Shown: positions 25,331 to 37,780 of the stretch, piece after piece
How positions within the stretch are numbered: position 1 is the stretch's first letter
How the letters are laid out: each line of letters begins with the position of its first letter
Assembly (NCBI GenBank): GCA_036172245.1
Contig: JAYWIR010000004.1
Location: 1,736,001-1,800,000 of the forward strand
Direction of reading: 5' to 3'
Source of the DNA: Raillietiella orientalis
Lineage: Eukaryota
Length of the DNA stretch: 64,000 nucleotides
Made by a program: the position numbers and the translations under genes
The notes under the pieces: model-generated
Told to the model about the DNA's origin: nothing
Databases searched by the model: none
The model's input: the letters and a program-made list of their open reading frames with translations, nothing else

Positions 25331-28300
25331 GTTGGGTTTCTTTCCGACGTCTCTCGTAACCCTTGGGCCGTCCGAAGGAGGGAAGAAGGAAGGAGGAGAA
25401 AGAGAAGGGAGGGAGGAGGAGGACGGCATCTTGCTCGGACCCATTCAGTGAGGACCCCTCCAACAGCAAAGAGCTCTCGTGCGAGAGGTGACCTCATTCG
25501 CCGCGTTAGCTCCGCGCGATTTTTCTTCTTGAAAGGAGCCATAAATTCAGAGAACCGTCTCCTCCTCCTCCCCCTCTGAGCGTGCGACTCTGATGGGGTA
25601 CTCCCGCATGAGTCCCACGGAATCTCGAGAGTCCCTGGAGAGGAAATCAGACGTGCACGCGCACTCATCGCGGTGAGCGTCGACTTCCTCTTCCTCCTCT
25701 TCACCCAATGCTGGTGCGCGGAGGAGGGGAGCTGTCCCTGGCAGGAACCGCCACTCTACGAACGAACGGCCGACGCGCATGTCAGCCCGCAGGTTCTCTT
25801 AGAATCTGCGCATTCCCGAAGGCCCTTGTGTTTCCTGGGTGACCGGAAAGGGAAGGATGCTCGTTCCTCCCTCTTCTTTGCTCGTCGGTCAATCAAAGGA
25901 GGAGGGCGGAGGGAACTGACTTCCGGTCCGGAATCGGTTGGTGCTTCCCCCTTCCACGCCCGGGACGTCTCGGAGGAACGGAATCGTTCCGGAGGGAGGA
26001 AAAGGGGGAGGAACTCGCAGGAAGCGGGAAGATGGAGTGCAGAGCCGGGAAAGGACGGGAGAAGACGGGTTCGAAGAGAGGGGGAGGGATCGGCTTCCTC
26101 GAGGACAAGAGCAGCGCCTTCCCGCGTCCAGCGGGGCGGCTGAGCGGGCGAGCCCGGGCGAATAGCGGTGGCGAATCCAGTCCCCTTCCGCTTCCGGATG
26201 GAGCCGCCGCCGGCCGCGCTGCGGTTCGGCGCACTCCTTCCGCGCGCCCTGCCGTCTTCATCTCTCCGCGCGTCGGCATCGGCCTCGGCAGTCATGTCCT
26301 GTTTTTATCTCCGGTTGCTAATGTGCATGTGCGGCAGCATCCGTACCGAAAACTTCCGATGCATCCTATCGCGTTCCCTGTCCTTGAAACGTCTTTCGTT
26401 GTCCGTAAGATGTAGCTCAGGCAAAAAAAAAAAAAAAAAAAGGAAAAATCAGATGATCTATCAGCTACATAAAACAATGGAAACTGGGTAATTCTCAAGA
26501 TGGCCGCTCCTTTAATAATGTGAGCTGTCAAAAAATCTAATGATCTTATCGTCTGCTGCTTTTACGCAGCTGGCGCGCCTAGGCAGTGTTGCGCACTTGG
26601 ATTCGCCTCTTCCTCCTCCTCCTCCTCCTTCACCTCCCCCTCGCTCCCACTGACCGCTCCTCCTCAGCATCCGAAACTTCTGTGCGAACAGAAGTCCTCC
26701 TGTGCTCGCTCGGAAAAGCGCGCGTCGTTCCGTTGCCAATTTGCGACCTTCGCCACCCAGAGCAGCAGCGACCGGGACAACGGTCTCTTCAGGAGATCGT
26801 CGCAGTTTTCCCGAGCGGCCGCCAGGGAGAGAGACTCGTCCGACGAAGTGCTCCTTTTCGGGAGGCTCCTTTTTGCTTTTGCTGCTCTTCCTTCTCGGGG
26901 GAAGGAGTCGCGCCTTCGTCGCTGCCCCTTTTCTCTCCCGGCCGGAGCAGGAAGAAGTCCAGTCCGCCCGATACGCAAGCGCTTCCATCATTTTTAAGCG
27001 GGCACTTGGGGCGCGTCCAGCGCGCGCGCGAGCGAGAGAGAGACGGGGGGGGGGGGGGAGAGACAGAGACAGAGACAGAGTTCGGGAGTTGGAGCAGCGG
27101 CAAACACGCGCCATTTTCGGAAGGCTCGGTTCTCAGCAGCGGCAGCAGCGGCAGCACAGCAAGGCACCGTTTTCTGAACTCCGTCCGTCCGCCCGTCCGT
27201 GGCGGGCCCGCGCGCTCGCGCGCGCGCGGGCGCGTACGTGGAAGCTCTTCGTGACTGCGCGCGCGTTCCACCCTGACGTCTGAGAAAGCACCTCCCCGCG
27301 CCCGAGAGGAGAGAGGGAGGCGGTCAGTTCCGTTGAAGGGACGCGGCGCGCCGGCGGTGTCCCTTCCTAACCTCTTCGGATCCGCGACGCCGTTTTGGAA
27401 AGCTCGCTGTGACGTCAGAGCGATCTCGGCGAAGTCTCCCTCCCTCCTCCCCCCCACCTTCTCTACCTCCGACCAGTACTTGCGAGAAGCCTCGCTCCAG
27501 CTGAGGCGCCAAGCGGACTCGCGTGCGCCATTGGCGACCGACGCGTTCGCCTCGCGACTTGCATGTCGCAAGCCGACCGCGTGATGAAATCGCAAAGAGT
27601 AACGAAGTGGACGGGAGCAATTAGGCACGTGGAATATTCGCGCGTGTCTGTGTGTCTGTGTGTGTTTCCGGCTGAGAAGTTGGCCGATTCTGCTGAAGAT
27701 TAGACATTCATCCGCCTCATGGCCGATGCACAGGTGTTCGAGGCACAAAGAGTTTCCCGTTCGCCTCCGAAAGCGTGGACTCCTCCGCTAAGGACACCGA
27801 GCAGCAACCGGCAGAGAGACCTTCGCCCGTAAACGGGCGCTGGGAGCGAACTGGCAGGACTTGCCGATCTAAAAGTCGGAAAGGTCGCGATTTTTCCTCT
27901 TCCCCCCTCCTTCAAGAACCGACGTCGGAAAACGCTTGGATCTCGCATCGTGACCGAGATCTTGAGAGAAAGGGCACATGGTGCTGGGAAGGCATTTTCA
28001 AGACGCGTAATGGTTGAATGGTTGTGTTTTTTTTTTTTTTTTTTTATTTTTTTTTTTTTATTGGCAGTGGAGTCCAGAAGCACACGTGGCACTCTGTTTC
28101 GCCACGGCGTGCGTCGACGTCCGTGACGGGCTGGGAAACGGCTCCGGCGCGGGAAGGAACTTCCCCCCTCTGCCCTCGCGGGAAAAGCAGGAAAGCCACG
28201 GGGCGGCAGCGCGCCGCGAGACGCATGCGCACTCGGAGCGAAGCTCGTCCGAAGCGCCGAGGCCTTTTGCCTACGAAAGTGCACAAAAAGAGCAAGCGTG

Positions 28301-29749
28301 ATGAAACATAAAGAACGAAAGTGGAAAACAGGAAACCTTAATCCTGAGATCAACAATGGGCTGCATGTCCTTTTCTCCAACTGATAAAAGTTCTCCAGAG
28401 AGCAGCAATCTCGAAAAGATTTCTCCTCCATCATCGTTTCATCACATCAGGATGCCGTCAAATATTTTCACCGGCTGCTATTGGAATTGCCTTCGATTCT
28501 ATTCTCATCCGTGCATTCAAAACGAAATTCATGAAGTGTTTCCTGTGTCGAGTATTTTATGATGCCGTACTGAATTCTTTATGTTTCCATAAATGAATGA
28601 TTTTATCGCAGCAGCAGAACCGAAACTCCTGGAAAAATGCCAAGGTTTCATTCAAGTCTCCTGTTTCCGATATTCTTCACCTGCGCCGGAGTTTTCAGAA
28701 ACCCAGGGAACACGCCTGGAGTTCTTTCTTTCTTTCTTTCTTCTTCTTTTTTTTTTTTTTTGTGTTCACCCACTTGAACCGGTGGGAAGTTGCGACGGGT
28801 TCAGAACATCGGCGGATGCCCCGGCGACCGCTCTCTGGAAACGAACTGTACACACACCCGGGCGGGTTTCTCGTACTGTCCAGAATTGCGGGCACCGACT
28901 TCAAGCTCGTAAGACGAAAGCAGGCAAAGCACGCAGGCATCGGATCCGTGCATCCCAGTGCACCCTCGTTTGGACCTAAAGATGGGTTCCGATAAATGAA
29001 TTCAGAGAAGAAGAAACAAAAGCACGCGTCTCTGAAATACGAGGCACAAAGATCAAGAAGCAAGTAAGTATCCGCTCTTTTCGCGTATCCGATGGCCAGC
29101 TCGTTCACGGAGGTTACAGCCATGGCAACGAGGAAGGCTCTTCACGGCTTGCTTGCTTAGTTATGATAGGCTAATCAGAAATTAATTGGAGCTGGTTAAC
29201 CTTTTGGGAGTTGATGATAATTCGCAAATTTTGAAGTTTCCCTGCTTACGCGTGACTCATTTTTCCGGTGACGTGGGAACGAAAGGGGGGGGAGCGCGGC
29301 GACTCGCGGAGCGCGCAGTCGCGGCCGTGTCGCGCGGCGGAGCGACTCCCCCCGGCACGGGTGGCTCGGCAATTCCGAGAAGGAATTTTCGTCCAAACAA
29401 GCGCAGGGTCTTCCCCCGGGAAAATCGTCTCGCTGACGTTCGAAAGGGGGAGAGGGGGAGGGGGGACGCGGTTTTTAGAGCCTCTGGAAATTGCAGAGCG
29501 AATCCCGCCTCGTCCTCAGCCGATCCCTCCGTCCGCCCGTCCTGACCCGTCCGATAAAATCTCTGACGTTCCAGCAGCAACCCAGCGCCATCTATCATCC
29601 GCACCTGTCAATCCCGCGAGCGGGAACAGAGTATTCATGGCAACGCGACCATTAGTCAAAGGAAACCCTCACAATCGGGAGAGCGGAAGAAAACCTCCTC
29701 CCCTCATTAATGGCTTCTAATCACGAGCCGCGCGGGAGACCAAGAGGGA

Positions 29750-30650
29750 CAAGGGAGGAGGGGGATCTTTCCCACCGGGGTCGCCTCCCTTCCTCCAGGA
29801 GAAGCGCACCGGAGGCGCGCGATCCCCCCGCCTCCCGGCTCCGCGAGACGAGCACTCCCGGCGGAATCCCTCGCTCCGCCCCTTCCCGACGGATTCTGGA
29901 GCCGCGTGCCTGGGCGTTGGCTGCGGGCAGGCGCGCTCCGCCTTTCCCTCGTCCCTGCGGAGGGCTACCCTTCGGCCATAGCGGCGGGTCCACAGGGGTG
30001 GAGAAGGGACGCGCGATAGATGCGGGGGAGGGGGGAACCTGCCGGAGCTTGTTTCCTCTCTCCCGAGTCGACAGAGGGCGCTCCCTTCCTGTCCTCCCCT
30101 CCCTCTCCTTTCTCAACCTGGAGGGCCAAGCACGGACGACCCCGGCAGCGGGGCTCTGGAACGCTTGAGCGGCTGCTACAGCACCCTCTGCTCGGTCCTT
30201 AGCGCCTCCGGCTTTTCCGTCCGGGACGCCAGGAACACCCTCTGCCTCCTGCCGGAGGACAACCCGGCTAAGGGGGGGAACGACATCGAGGTCGGGCCTT
30301 TTCCTGGCTCTCATTTCGTTTCGGGACGACTGCTGCTACCACTCGCAGGGGACAGGAAAATGGGACGGTTCTCCCGGTATCCCGGACACGTTGCTCCGGG
30401 CGACCGTCTCAAGGATGCCAGGAGAGAGCCTCGCGTTCGCCCTCCATCCCCAGCGAGCTTCCAGGGGTGGACGCCGCAATCCCGCCCTCGTGAGCACGAG
30501 GTTTCATCCCCATCCTTCGCAGCAGCTGGAGCCGGATTTGCACCCGCCTCCGGGAGTGCTTCGATCCCGGTCCCACGGAAAGGATGGGAGAGGGAAATGG
30601 CAGGCGACGGGGCGCGGGCTTGCATCACCAGATTCCCTGCTCCCCTACCT
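29750..30650 (+). mobile_element. Decayed LINE RT fossil (RTE-like)
   Basis: GIP..TDSGAA, SLFPLSRVDRG..PSLSFLNLE (~PFPISRGVRQG..SPLLFNL.LE), SGFSV..LCLLPEDN (~SG..I..LLFADD), QQLE..PGVL. Confidence 0.38.
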
Positions 30651-31999
30651 TCGCTTTGCATTCTCCCCGGTCGCTCCCTGGAGGGAAACCGGGAGACCTA
30701 GCGCGGGCCTTTCCCGTGGATCATGGGGCCTCTTCAGCGGTTCTTTCTCCAGCTTCCGGCCCACCTCGAACGCGGCATTTCCAGGGCTGGGAGAGTTCTC
30801 AGGGCCGCGGCCCGCTGTGCCTCAACGGCGGCTTCGGCGCGCGCAGCCCGCTCACTCGTGGGATCGCGCGTCTCTCCCTCTCCTCCTCCTGCCGAGGCCG
30901 TTGCTTCGCGACGCCGTGGGAAGGGAAGGAGCGGAGACGTAGGAAAGGAGTGCTCTTTGAGCCGCTTCTCCTCCCCTCTGAGCTCGGGGTGGCTAGGGAG
31001 GGACGAGAGAGAGGAGAAAAAATCTTTCCCTTTCACCATTGTCATCGTCTTCTTCCTCATCCGTGTTCCTCCCCCCCCCGTCCTCCTCGTCCTCACCTTG
31101 CTTCCCGCCGCTCACCTCCCCCTTCCCCCCATCAGGGAGCCACCATCCCTGTCTCTCGAGGTCCGAGGGAGCAGAGGCTTCCCGTAGGGAGATGGGGCAT
31201 CTTCGCGGAGGAGGGGGAGGAGAGAACGCGCGAACGGGACGAAGATCCTCGAGCCGATGGCCGGGGAAACGCGCCACGGCGAAGAGGGAGGGACGCGCCG
31301 CCTCTGGAAGTCTCTGCAGCCGACCGGAAGGGGCGCTCGCAAAAGTAGACGCTCCCGGGAAGAGGGACGGAGGGCGAGCGAAACACCGCCGCTGTCCTCT
31401 GCTTCGACCTCCCTGGAGCTGCCGGTCCCGAGCGAGGCGTGCCGGGTCGACGGCGGCCCAGCTGCACCGCAGCGGAGACCGTGGGCTGCCCGCTCCGTTC
31501 CTGGCCGTGGATGCGGAAAGGGAAGCAGGCGGGAGGGAGCAAGGGGAAGCGAGTCATTCTTCTCCGGCCTGGTCGCGAAAATGGGAACTCGCTCGGGAAA
31601 GGGTGGTCCACTGATGATGAGATCGCCACCTCCTCCCCCTCTCAGGGATGCTGGCCTCGGCCATGCTCCCCTCCCTCGCTCTGCTTCCCACCTTTGTCGA
31701 GTCCTAGCCGGCGGACGCGCGCGCGTTGCCTCCGGGCAGCGCTCGGGACTTCTTCCGCGGAGGAAAGAAAACAGAAGGGGGCCGAAGGGGGGGGGGGAGA
31801 AACCTCGGAGAATCTTCTCGAAGCTCCTTTCCTTTCCACTCTCCCTCTGCTCTCATGTGACGGCAGGAAGCTCCTGACAGGCCGTTGCCATCTTGACGCG
31901 CGACTGTCGGGAGGCACGAGCTCCTCCTCTCCCACGTTACGCGGCCACCTCCGCTACGTACTCGGAATGCTGCTGCGCAGCAGCCCGGAAGGTAGGCGA

Positions 32000-32600
32000 G
32001 CAGGGGAGACAGAGAGGAACCTCTCTCCCGCAGACTGCCGGTCCCCCGTCGGTGAAAGACCGGAAAGACGACCTGCGTCCGCAGGGCCGAAGGGATGGGA
32101 AGGAGCGCGGCGACTTCGGCGCTGCCGGCCGAGCCGCCATGACAAGCCGGCCCGTCCTTTGCTCTCTGGACGACGGTGTCGCCGATCTCGGCTTCCTGAA
32201 ATCGGGATTGGAGTCCGCTGTGAGTCTCCTAGCCCCCCTCCAACAGGATTCCTGGAACCAGAAAGACGACGCCCCTCTCCTTTTTTTCCTGGCGTTTTTC
32301 CCAATTCCTTTGAAGGCGGATCGGCGACCTACCGGTCGGTCCGACACGAGGGTCATTCGATTCCATCGGGGATGGCTTGAGAGTATCCTCCTCCTAGACG
32401 GGACCTGTGGGGACCGGGAACCGACCCCACGCCTCAGGGAACGTCAGCGACGCGCACCCAGATTCTCCGGAAACCGTTCCGGGGAAGGGGCTCGCCGCCC
32501 CAAGGGCTCGGCTCAGAACCCACCCGCAGGCGGGCACTCCTGGAGCGAAGAGCAGGGACTCACGGAAGGCGCTCTCCCGCAGTGGGACGCAGGCAGGAAT
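32000..32600 (+). mobile_element. Decayed LINE RT fossil
   Basis: SPADCR (~NPADYRP), LGFLKS, QDSWNQKDDAPLLFFL (~AW..K....LFLD), GWLESIL (~WLESFL), PQG/SAQNP with a 1-nt frameshift (~PQGSALSP). Confidence 0.48.
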
Positions 32601-33989
32601 GGACCCGGTCCGACGCGCGAATCGTCCCGGACTCTCCACAAAGTAGCAGCAGCAGCGAGAAGTGACCCTTCGAGGCGCCGCACCGCGCCCCCCGCTGCTG
32701 CTGCTTTGGCAGGGGCGCATCTCCCGGAGCGTTCCGGAGGATGCTGGAAACGGAGGAACGCGCGTGCGCTGGCACGGGTACGCCATCGTCCGGGGGAGCC
32801 GGATGCTGAGACGGAGAGCCGCACATTTCCGCGGCAACGGTCTGTCGTTCGCTCCCCTCCTCCGAAAGCGTTGCTGCATCCGAAAAGCCGAGCGTATCTG
32901 CGGAACCCGCCTCGGTGTTTTCGGTCGCCCAGCGCGCCGGGGCCTAAATTGCTCCAGCAGCAGCGCCCGATCGAGTAATTTCGCGGGAGGGGAGAGTGGA
33001 AAGGGGGAGCGGGTGAAGAAAGAAGAAGTGGGTGAGGGGGGGAGGGACGCAAAAAGGGACCATCATTATTGAAAAGAGTGAAAGACCGGAGGAATCGGGA
33101 AGAACCGTCGAAGAGAACCCGGCGAGACGAAGTGGGGCGATTCGGCTCCGAACGAAAGGTCTGCACGGATTCCCCAGGAAACCAGGGAAGCAAAAATAAC
33201 AAGGAGGCGGAGGCGAGGAAGGACAGGGAGAAGGGAAAAAGAGGTGGAGGAAGAGATGGGGTGATCTCTGAGTATACGGAGCCAGGGAGGATGTGAAGGG
33301 CGCTCCCGCGCGCACAGCGGCGCGAGTTTCCGAACACGGGAAGCAAACGGTCATCTCCCATCTTCTCCCTCCCCTCCCTCCCATCCTGTCCTGTGCTCGA
33401 AGCGCCCCCCGCCCAAGCAAGCTGGCTGATGTGTGAGTGCGTGCGTGCGAACGCGGCATCAGCAGCACGCCGACGAGACCCCCCGGCGGAACTACTGCCT
33501 CCACTCGAGCAGTCCCGTGCGCATCTGGGGTGCGCCACGAGTTCGTCCAGGACCCCCTAGCGAGCCACGTCGGAGATGCTATCAGGTCCAGGGGGCGTTT
33601 CACGTTCGTTCCTGGACACGCAGGCGGCGACCATCTCCTCCTCCCCCGTAGACTTCCTGCCACCGTCCTCGCTGTGCAGCGACCCTTTTTCGCTTCTTTT
33701 TCTTCTTCTCCTTACCCCCCCCCCCCCTCCTTCCTTTCCCTTCCGATCTCGGGCTGTTTTTAGGGCTCCTCCGGCCGGCTTGACTGGGGCCGCCGTGTGC
33801 GCGCCGGGACCGAACGCAGCACGCTCTCGAAGGTTCCGGCGGCGGAGTAATTAACCGGCACCTGGAATTTTAATGACGGAACCGTCGGAACTCGGAAACG
33901 CGGCCCTCCCCCCCTCGGATCGCCGAAACACCCGCTCCCTTGACCTTGGGGATGCGCGCTGCTCGAAGTTGGCCGGCCGCTTCTTAGGC

Positions 33990-35050
33990 GGCGGGTTTTC
34001 CCGGCGAGGCAAGGTCCCGGGATGGCTCGCTCCCTGGCGTCAGCGGCAAGCCGTGGCACTTTCCTCCGCCGCCAGTTCGACCCTCACCCTTTTTCCCCCT
34101 CTTCCCCACTCCAGTCCCGAGAAGCGAGATCGGAGTGCCTTCACGCCAATAACAGACAATTCGTCGTCTCGTTGTCGATTTCGGCGGGAAGAAAGGCCAG
34201 AGGAGGGGTCCCCAGGATGGATTGCTTTCCTTCCTCTTTTCCCTTCCCACGCGCGGGGCCTTCCCGGACATTCCGTCTTCGAAGGAGGGGGACGCGAAGC
34301 GGGGAGCGTCCCCCTCGGATTTTCGCCTCCCCGAGATGTTTGCCCTCAGGAACGCTCTCGATGGCTGCTCGGAAAGCCGCCGCTGCGCCCAGCCCAGTCC
34401 GCGCTACCCGAGGAGCAGGGGGGAAAAAGAGGGAGAAGAGGGAGGAAGGCGCCCTCTCCGGGTGATTACCCGGCCGCGTACCGAATGGCGCGGAGGATAG
34501 GAGACGGCACGCACTCTTATCCATCCAGCTTCTGCACCTGCGTGCAATTAAGATCGGTCCTCCCGCAGCGGGAACTGGAAACGCGCAGCACGGCTTAATA
34601 GCAGGGTGGTATCGAGGAATCTCGGGAAATTACAAACCGTCCGCTTGGTTGTCAGGGAGACCACTGTGATTAATTTCCGTTTCAAGAAGTCTCGAGGAAG
34701 AGTCTCGTCTCTGTGTGCTTTGCTTTTTCCTCGGTCAGCTTCTCCTTCTCCCCTCCTCTCTGCCCTTTCGCCGCTTCCCTTCAGCGTCTCCCTCTCCGAG
34801 AGTCCCTCCTGGAACCGATCCGGAAAGCACCCGGGAGACGGGAGGGAGATCCCCCAGCTGGCCGGTTCCTCTCCTCGAATCCCTCGATCAGAAAGAAGCC
34901 AACCCGCTCGTCTCGGCGAGCACGGTAAAGAGGGGGCGTGTCCGAGTCTCCTCGGAGCGTCCTCTCCCGAACGCCCGAACCGCGTGGTCGCAGTGGCAGT
35001 GGTGGTCGACGCGCGCAACCGAGAAGGATTCCTCCCGGGCGACGTTCCCG
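33990..35050 (+). mobile_element. Decayed LINE RT fossil (L1/Tx1-like)
   Basis: GKVP, TLTLFP, SAFTPIT (~YRPIT), GLPGHSVFE (~GF.PGRSIFD), DYPAAYR (~DF.KAYD), PIR..GRREGDP (~GVRQGDP). Confidence 0.42.
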
Positions 35051-36549
35051 TCCTGGGAGCCCCGAGCTGCGCGCGTAGAAGTGCGGCTTCCAGCATCCCC
35101 AGCTCAGGGCGACATCTCCTCGGACTCCCCTGGGATCTCCGAGAGCACCAGCAGGAGTGACTTTCGCGCCAGAAGCAGCAGAGGAATTCGCCCGCCGCGG
35201 TGCGCTACCGCCCCGCATCTCCCGAGCCGAGAGAACGAAAAGAAAGGAAGAGAGAAACGGAAAGATCGCACGTGATGGAGGGTTCTTCTGCTCCTTCCTT
35301 CCCGCTTCATCTTCGCATAGAACGCGCATCCGCACAAGCTAGCTCGCACACTCTGCCTACGCACTCGCGAAACCTGGGAATCACTGGAACTGGTTCCAGA
35401 GGAACGTGCAAGTCCAATGAAGATGTTTTCTTCTTTTCTTCTCCTTCCTTTCTTTCTCTTCTTCCTCCTTCATTCTTCTTCTTTTCTCTTTGCTTTTTTC
35501 TGCCTTGCGTGATTCGCGTTATTTTTCGCAGAGGGGGGTGGCGGGGTGTCACCTGCTGAGTGTCCCTCCTCCGCAGCAAACAAGGAACTCTGCAGTGCCG
35601 CGGGAAGGTACTTCTCAGGTGACGGCCGGAGGAGGAAAGAAGGTCTCGTCCCTGCCTTCAGCGGTTCCAGAAGGAACGCCCTTCCTTCGCGGATTCTATA
35701 GCTTTCTTCTTCCTCTGGAAAGACAGAGAGAAGGAGGCGGCGGAAGAGGAGGACTTGCCTTTCCTCCCGAACACCGGAGAAACGGCCACCTCTGTCACGC
35801 CCCACGTCTCGGTTGACTCTCGATGCACCAGCGGCGAAGCGGACAGAGCCGGACAGCCCTCTCGGACGCCATCCTCAGTAGCCGCGCGGAACAAACGATC
35901 CTCCATGACGCATCCGGGGTCCCTTCGGAGTTTTCGGATCAGGCGGTTAGCCCCCCAAACTCCACCGATCGCTGCTTCTTGCCAAAGACGCCGTGGGTCC
36001 GATGCAGGAGGAGGACTTTGCGGTTCGGTCCGGTTGCGCCGCGAGAGGCGTTCTGGAACGCCAACCGAAACTTGGGGACGAGCGTCCTGCGGCACGTTCA
36101 CTCGGGTCGCCAGCAAGCGAAGCTGTCACCGATCCGTTCCTGGGGCACGAAACGGAGGGAAGCCCGAGCTCAACGCATCCTAAGTGAGGCCCATCTGAGA
36201 GGCGAGACGCGCCGAACCATGGCGGCCCTCACTACCCGGATGGAAATAATGCTGTCGTGCAGTACTGCACCCAGGACAACGGGTGAGAGCTGCAGCCAAG
36301 GCCACGAGGCGAAGTCGCGGATCAGGGCACTGATGGAGATTCTCAGGGGGGTGAGGGTGGTGGGGGTGAAGTTGATGGTATGGCTCTTGTTGAGCTTTGG
36401 CAGTAGAGTCTATGATGCTCCGGCTGGATGGAGGGAGAAGACGGCGGGACGCGTTCCTTCTGGAAGGGTTGAAGGGATCGAGTGGTAAGGTCGAGGCTTC
36501 ACGCTGCTCTTGGTCCTCTTGAATATCATGACATAAGAAGTATCGTGGA

Positions 36550-37780
36550 GAGGGCTGTAGATAGGAGTCATAGCCTCAAGTGGCTCGATGATGGGAAGGT
36601 TCTCCAGCGCTCCTAGTATTAGCGGGATGGGTCAGTTGCCAAAGCCACCTATCGTGTCTGACCTTACTAGGAAGAATATGGCGGTTAAGGTGTGAACAGC
36701 GATGGTGATGTAAAGTTCGTCGTTGTCCATATGGGAACGCAACTTCGGAATTTCCAGAGATGATAAATCTCAAGCACCAAGCACCCAGGATGCCGGTTCA
36801 GATTCTGAAGATGGGGTAACCTCTTCTGATGTCTTTATGGCTTGCGTGCGTCCGTTATCGTTGTCTTCAAGGGCAGCAGTTTACGTGATCTAACCGTTGT
36901 CTCCAGGACGATGCAGAGTGCACCTCAGTGTCTAGATCTAGGTAAAGAGGCGGAAGACATCTGTCGAAGCTTGGAAATTTGCGGATGATGGAATCTTTCA
37001 CCATGAGTTTGACCAGGCTCGAGCAAGATGGAGCTCCTAGGAATCAGGACAAATGCGAATTCCCTGTAACGTGGAAATGGAAGCACGGATGTTGATGTGG
37101 AGGATAAGGCCGGCGTGGTAGAGATTAATACTGGGGTAGGAAACAGGAGAAGTAATGAGAGATGGAAGGAGGCAAGGTGCTCTGCTGTTGCGCCTGAGGC
37201 ACTCCGGAATTCCCCCGGATGGCTAACACAAGACTGCATCCTGAAGACTGGTCCACGACCCCCTGAGAGATACCCCGCGACAGAGAATGAGAAAACCTCG
37301 CGTAGTTTAAAAGCAGGAGAAGAGATTCCTCAGGACCTTTGCGAGTCCCTGGGGAGGAGGAGGAACTCACTGGGCCTTCCATAGGATCAGCTTTGGGAGC
37401 TCTTTAAATCTTCCAAAGACAGTGGATGGGCAGCGCTTCCAAAGCTTTCTCGTTCCCTCAGGGGCATTTCTAAATCCGGGAAGCGGAATTTCCGTCAAGA
37501 TGCAGATCCAGCAACACCGGAAGATGTAATTCAAATTTCGCTTCATCTTTTGAAATTTGAACGAGTAATGGCGGAAGATGGAGGAGGAGCACTTCCGCGA
37601 TTGACGCTCCTTCCCGATACTTGCAAATCACTTTGAGTGGACACGGGAAAAAGTTGACCCTGCGAGAGCCGCGACCCCGGCAAGAACTGAAAAACGCGTC
37701 GTCATTCTGACCAGGAAGGGCGTCCCAGCGGGGAGATCCAGCCATAAAGAGTAGATGGCAGCTACCCCAGCTCTGGCAAA
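36550..37780 (-). mobile_element. Decayed LINE RT fossil (I/Jockey-like)
   Basis: RRVNFFPCPLKV, EDLKS, SGVPQ, NLYHAGLIL, LCIVLE, QKRLPHLQNL, FPYG, IGGFGN*PIPLI (~TGAFRTSPI). Confidence 0.48.

Noticed and set aside
26477..26493. ATGGAAACTGG|gtaatt as a distal AP-2 first exon
   Set aside because: The donor is in phase 2, incompatible with the phase-0 exon 2 acceptor.
26512..27114. 200-aa minus-strand ORF (MMEALAYRADW...) beside the orphan promoter-like island
   Set aside because: No recognisable homology, includes translated microsatellites, and no supporting exon structure.
37192..37200. Perfect AP-2 site GCCTGAGGC suggesting autoregulation
   Set aside because: It coincides with the GVPQ codons of an RT fossil, and GCCNNNGGC is common at this GC content.
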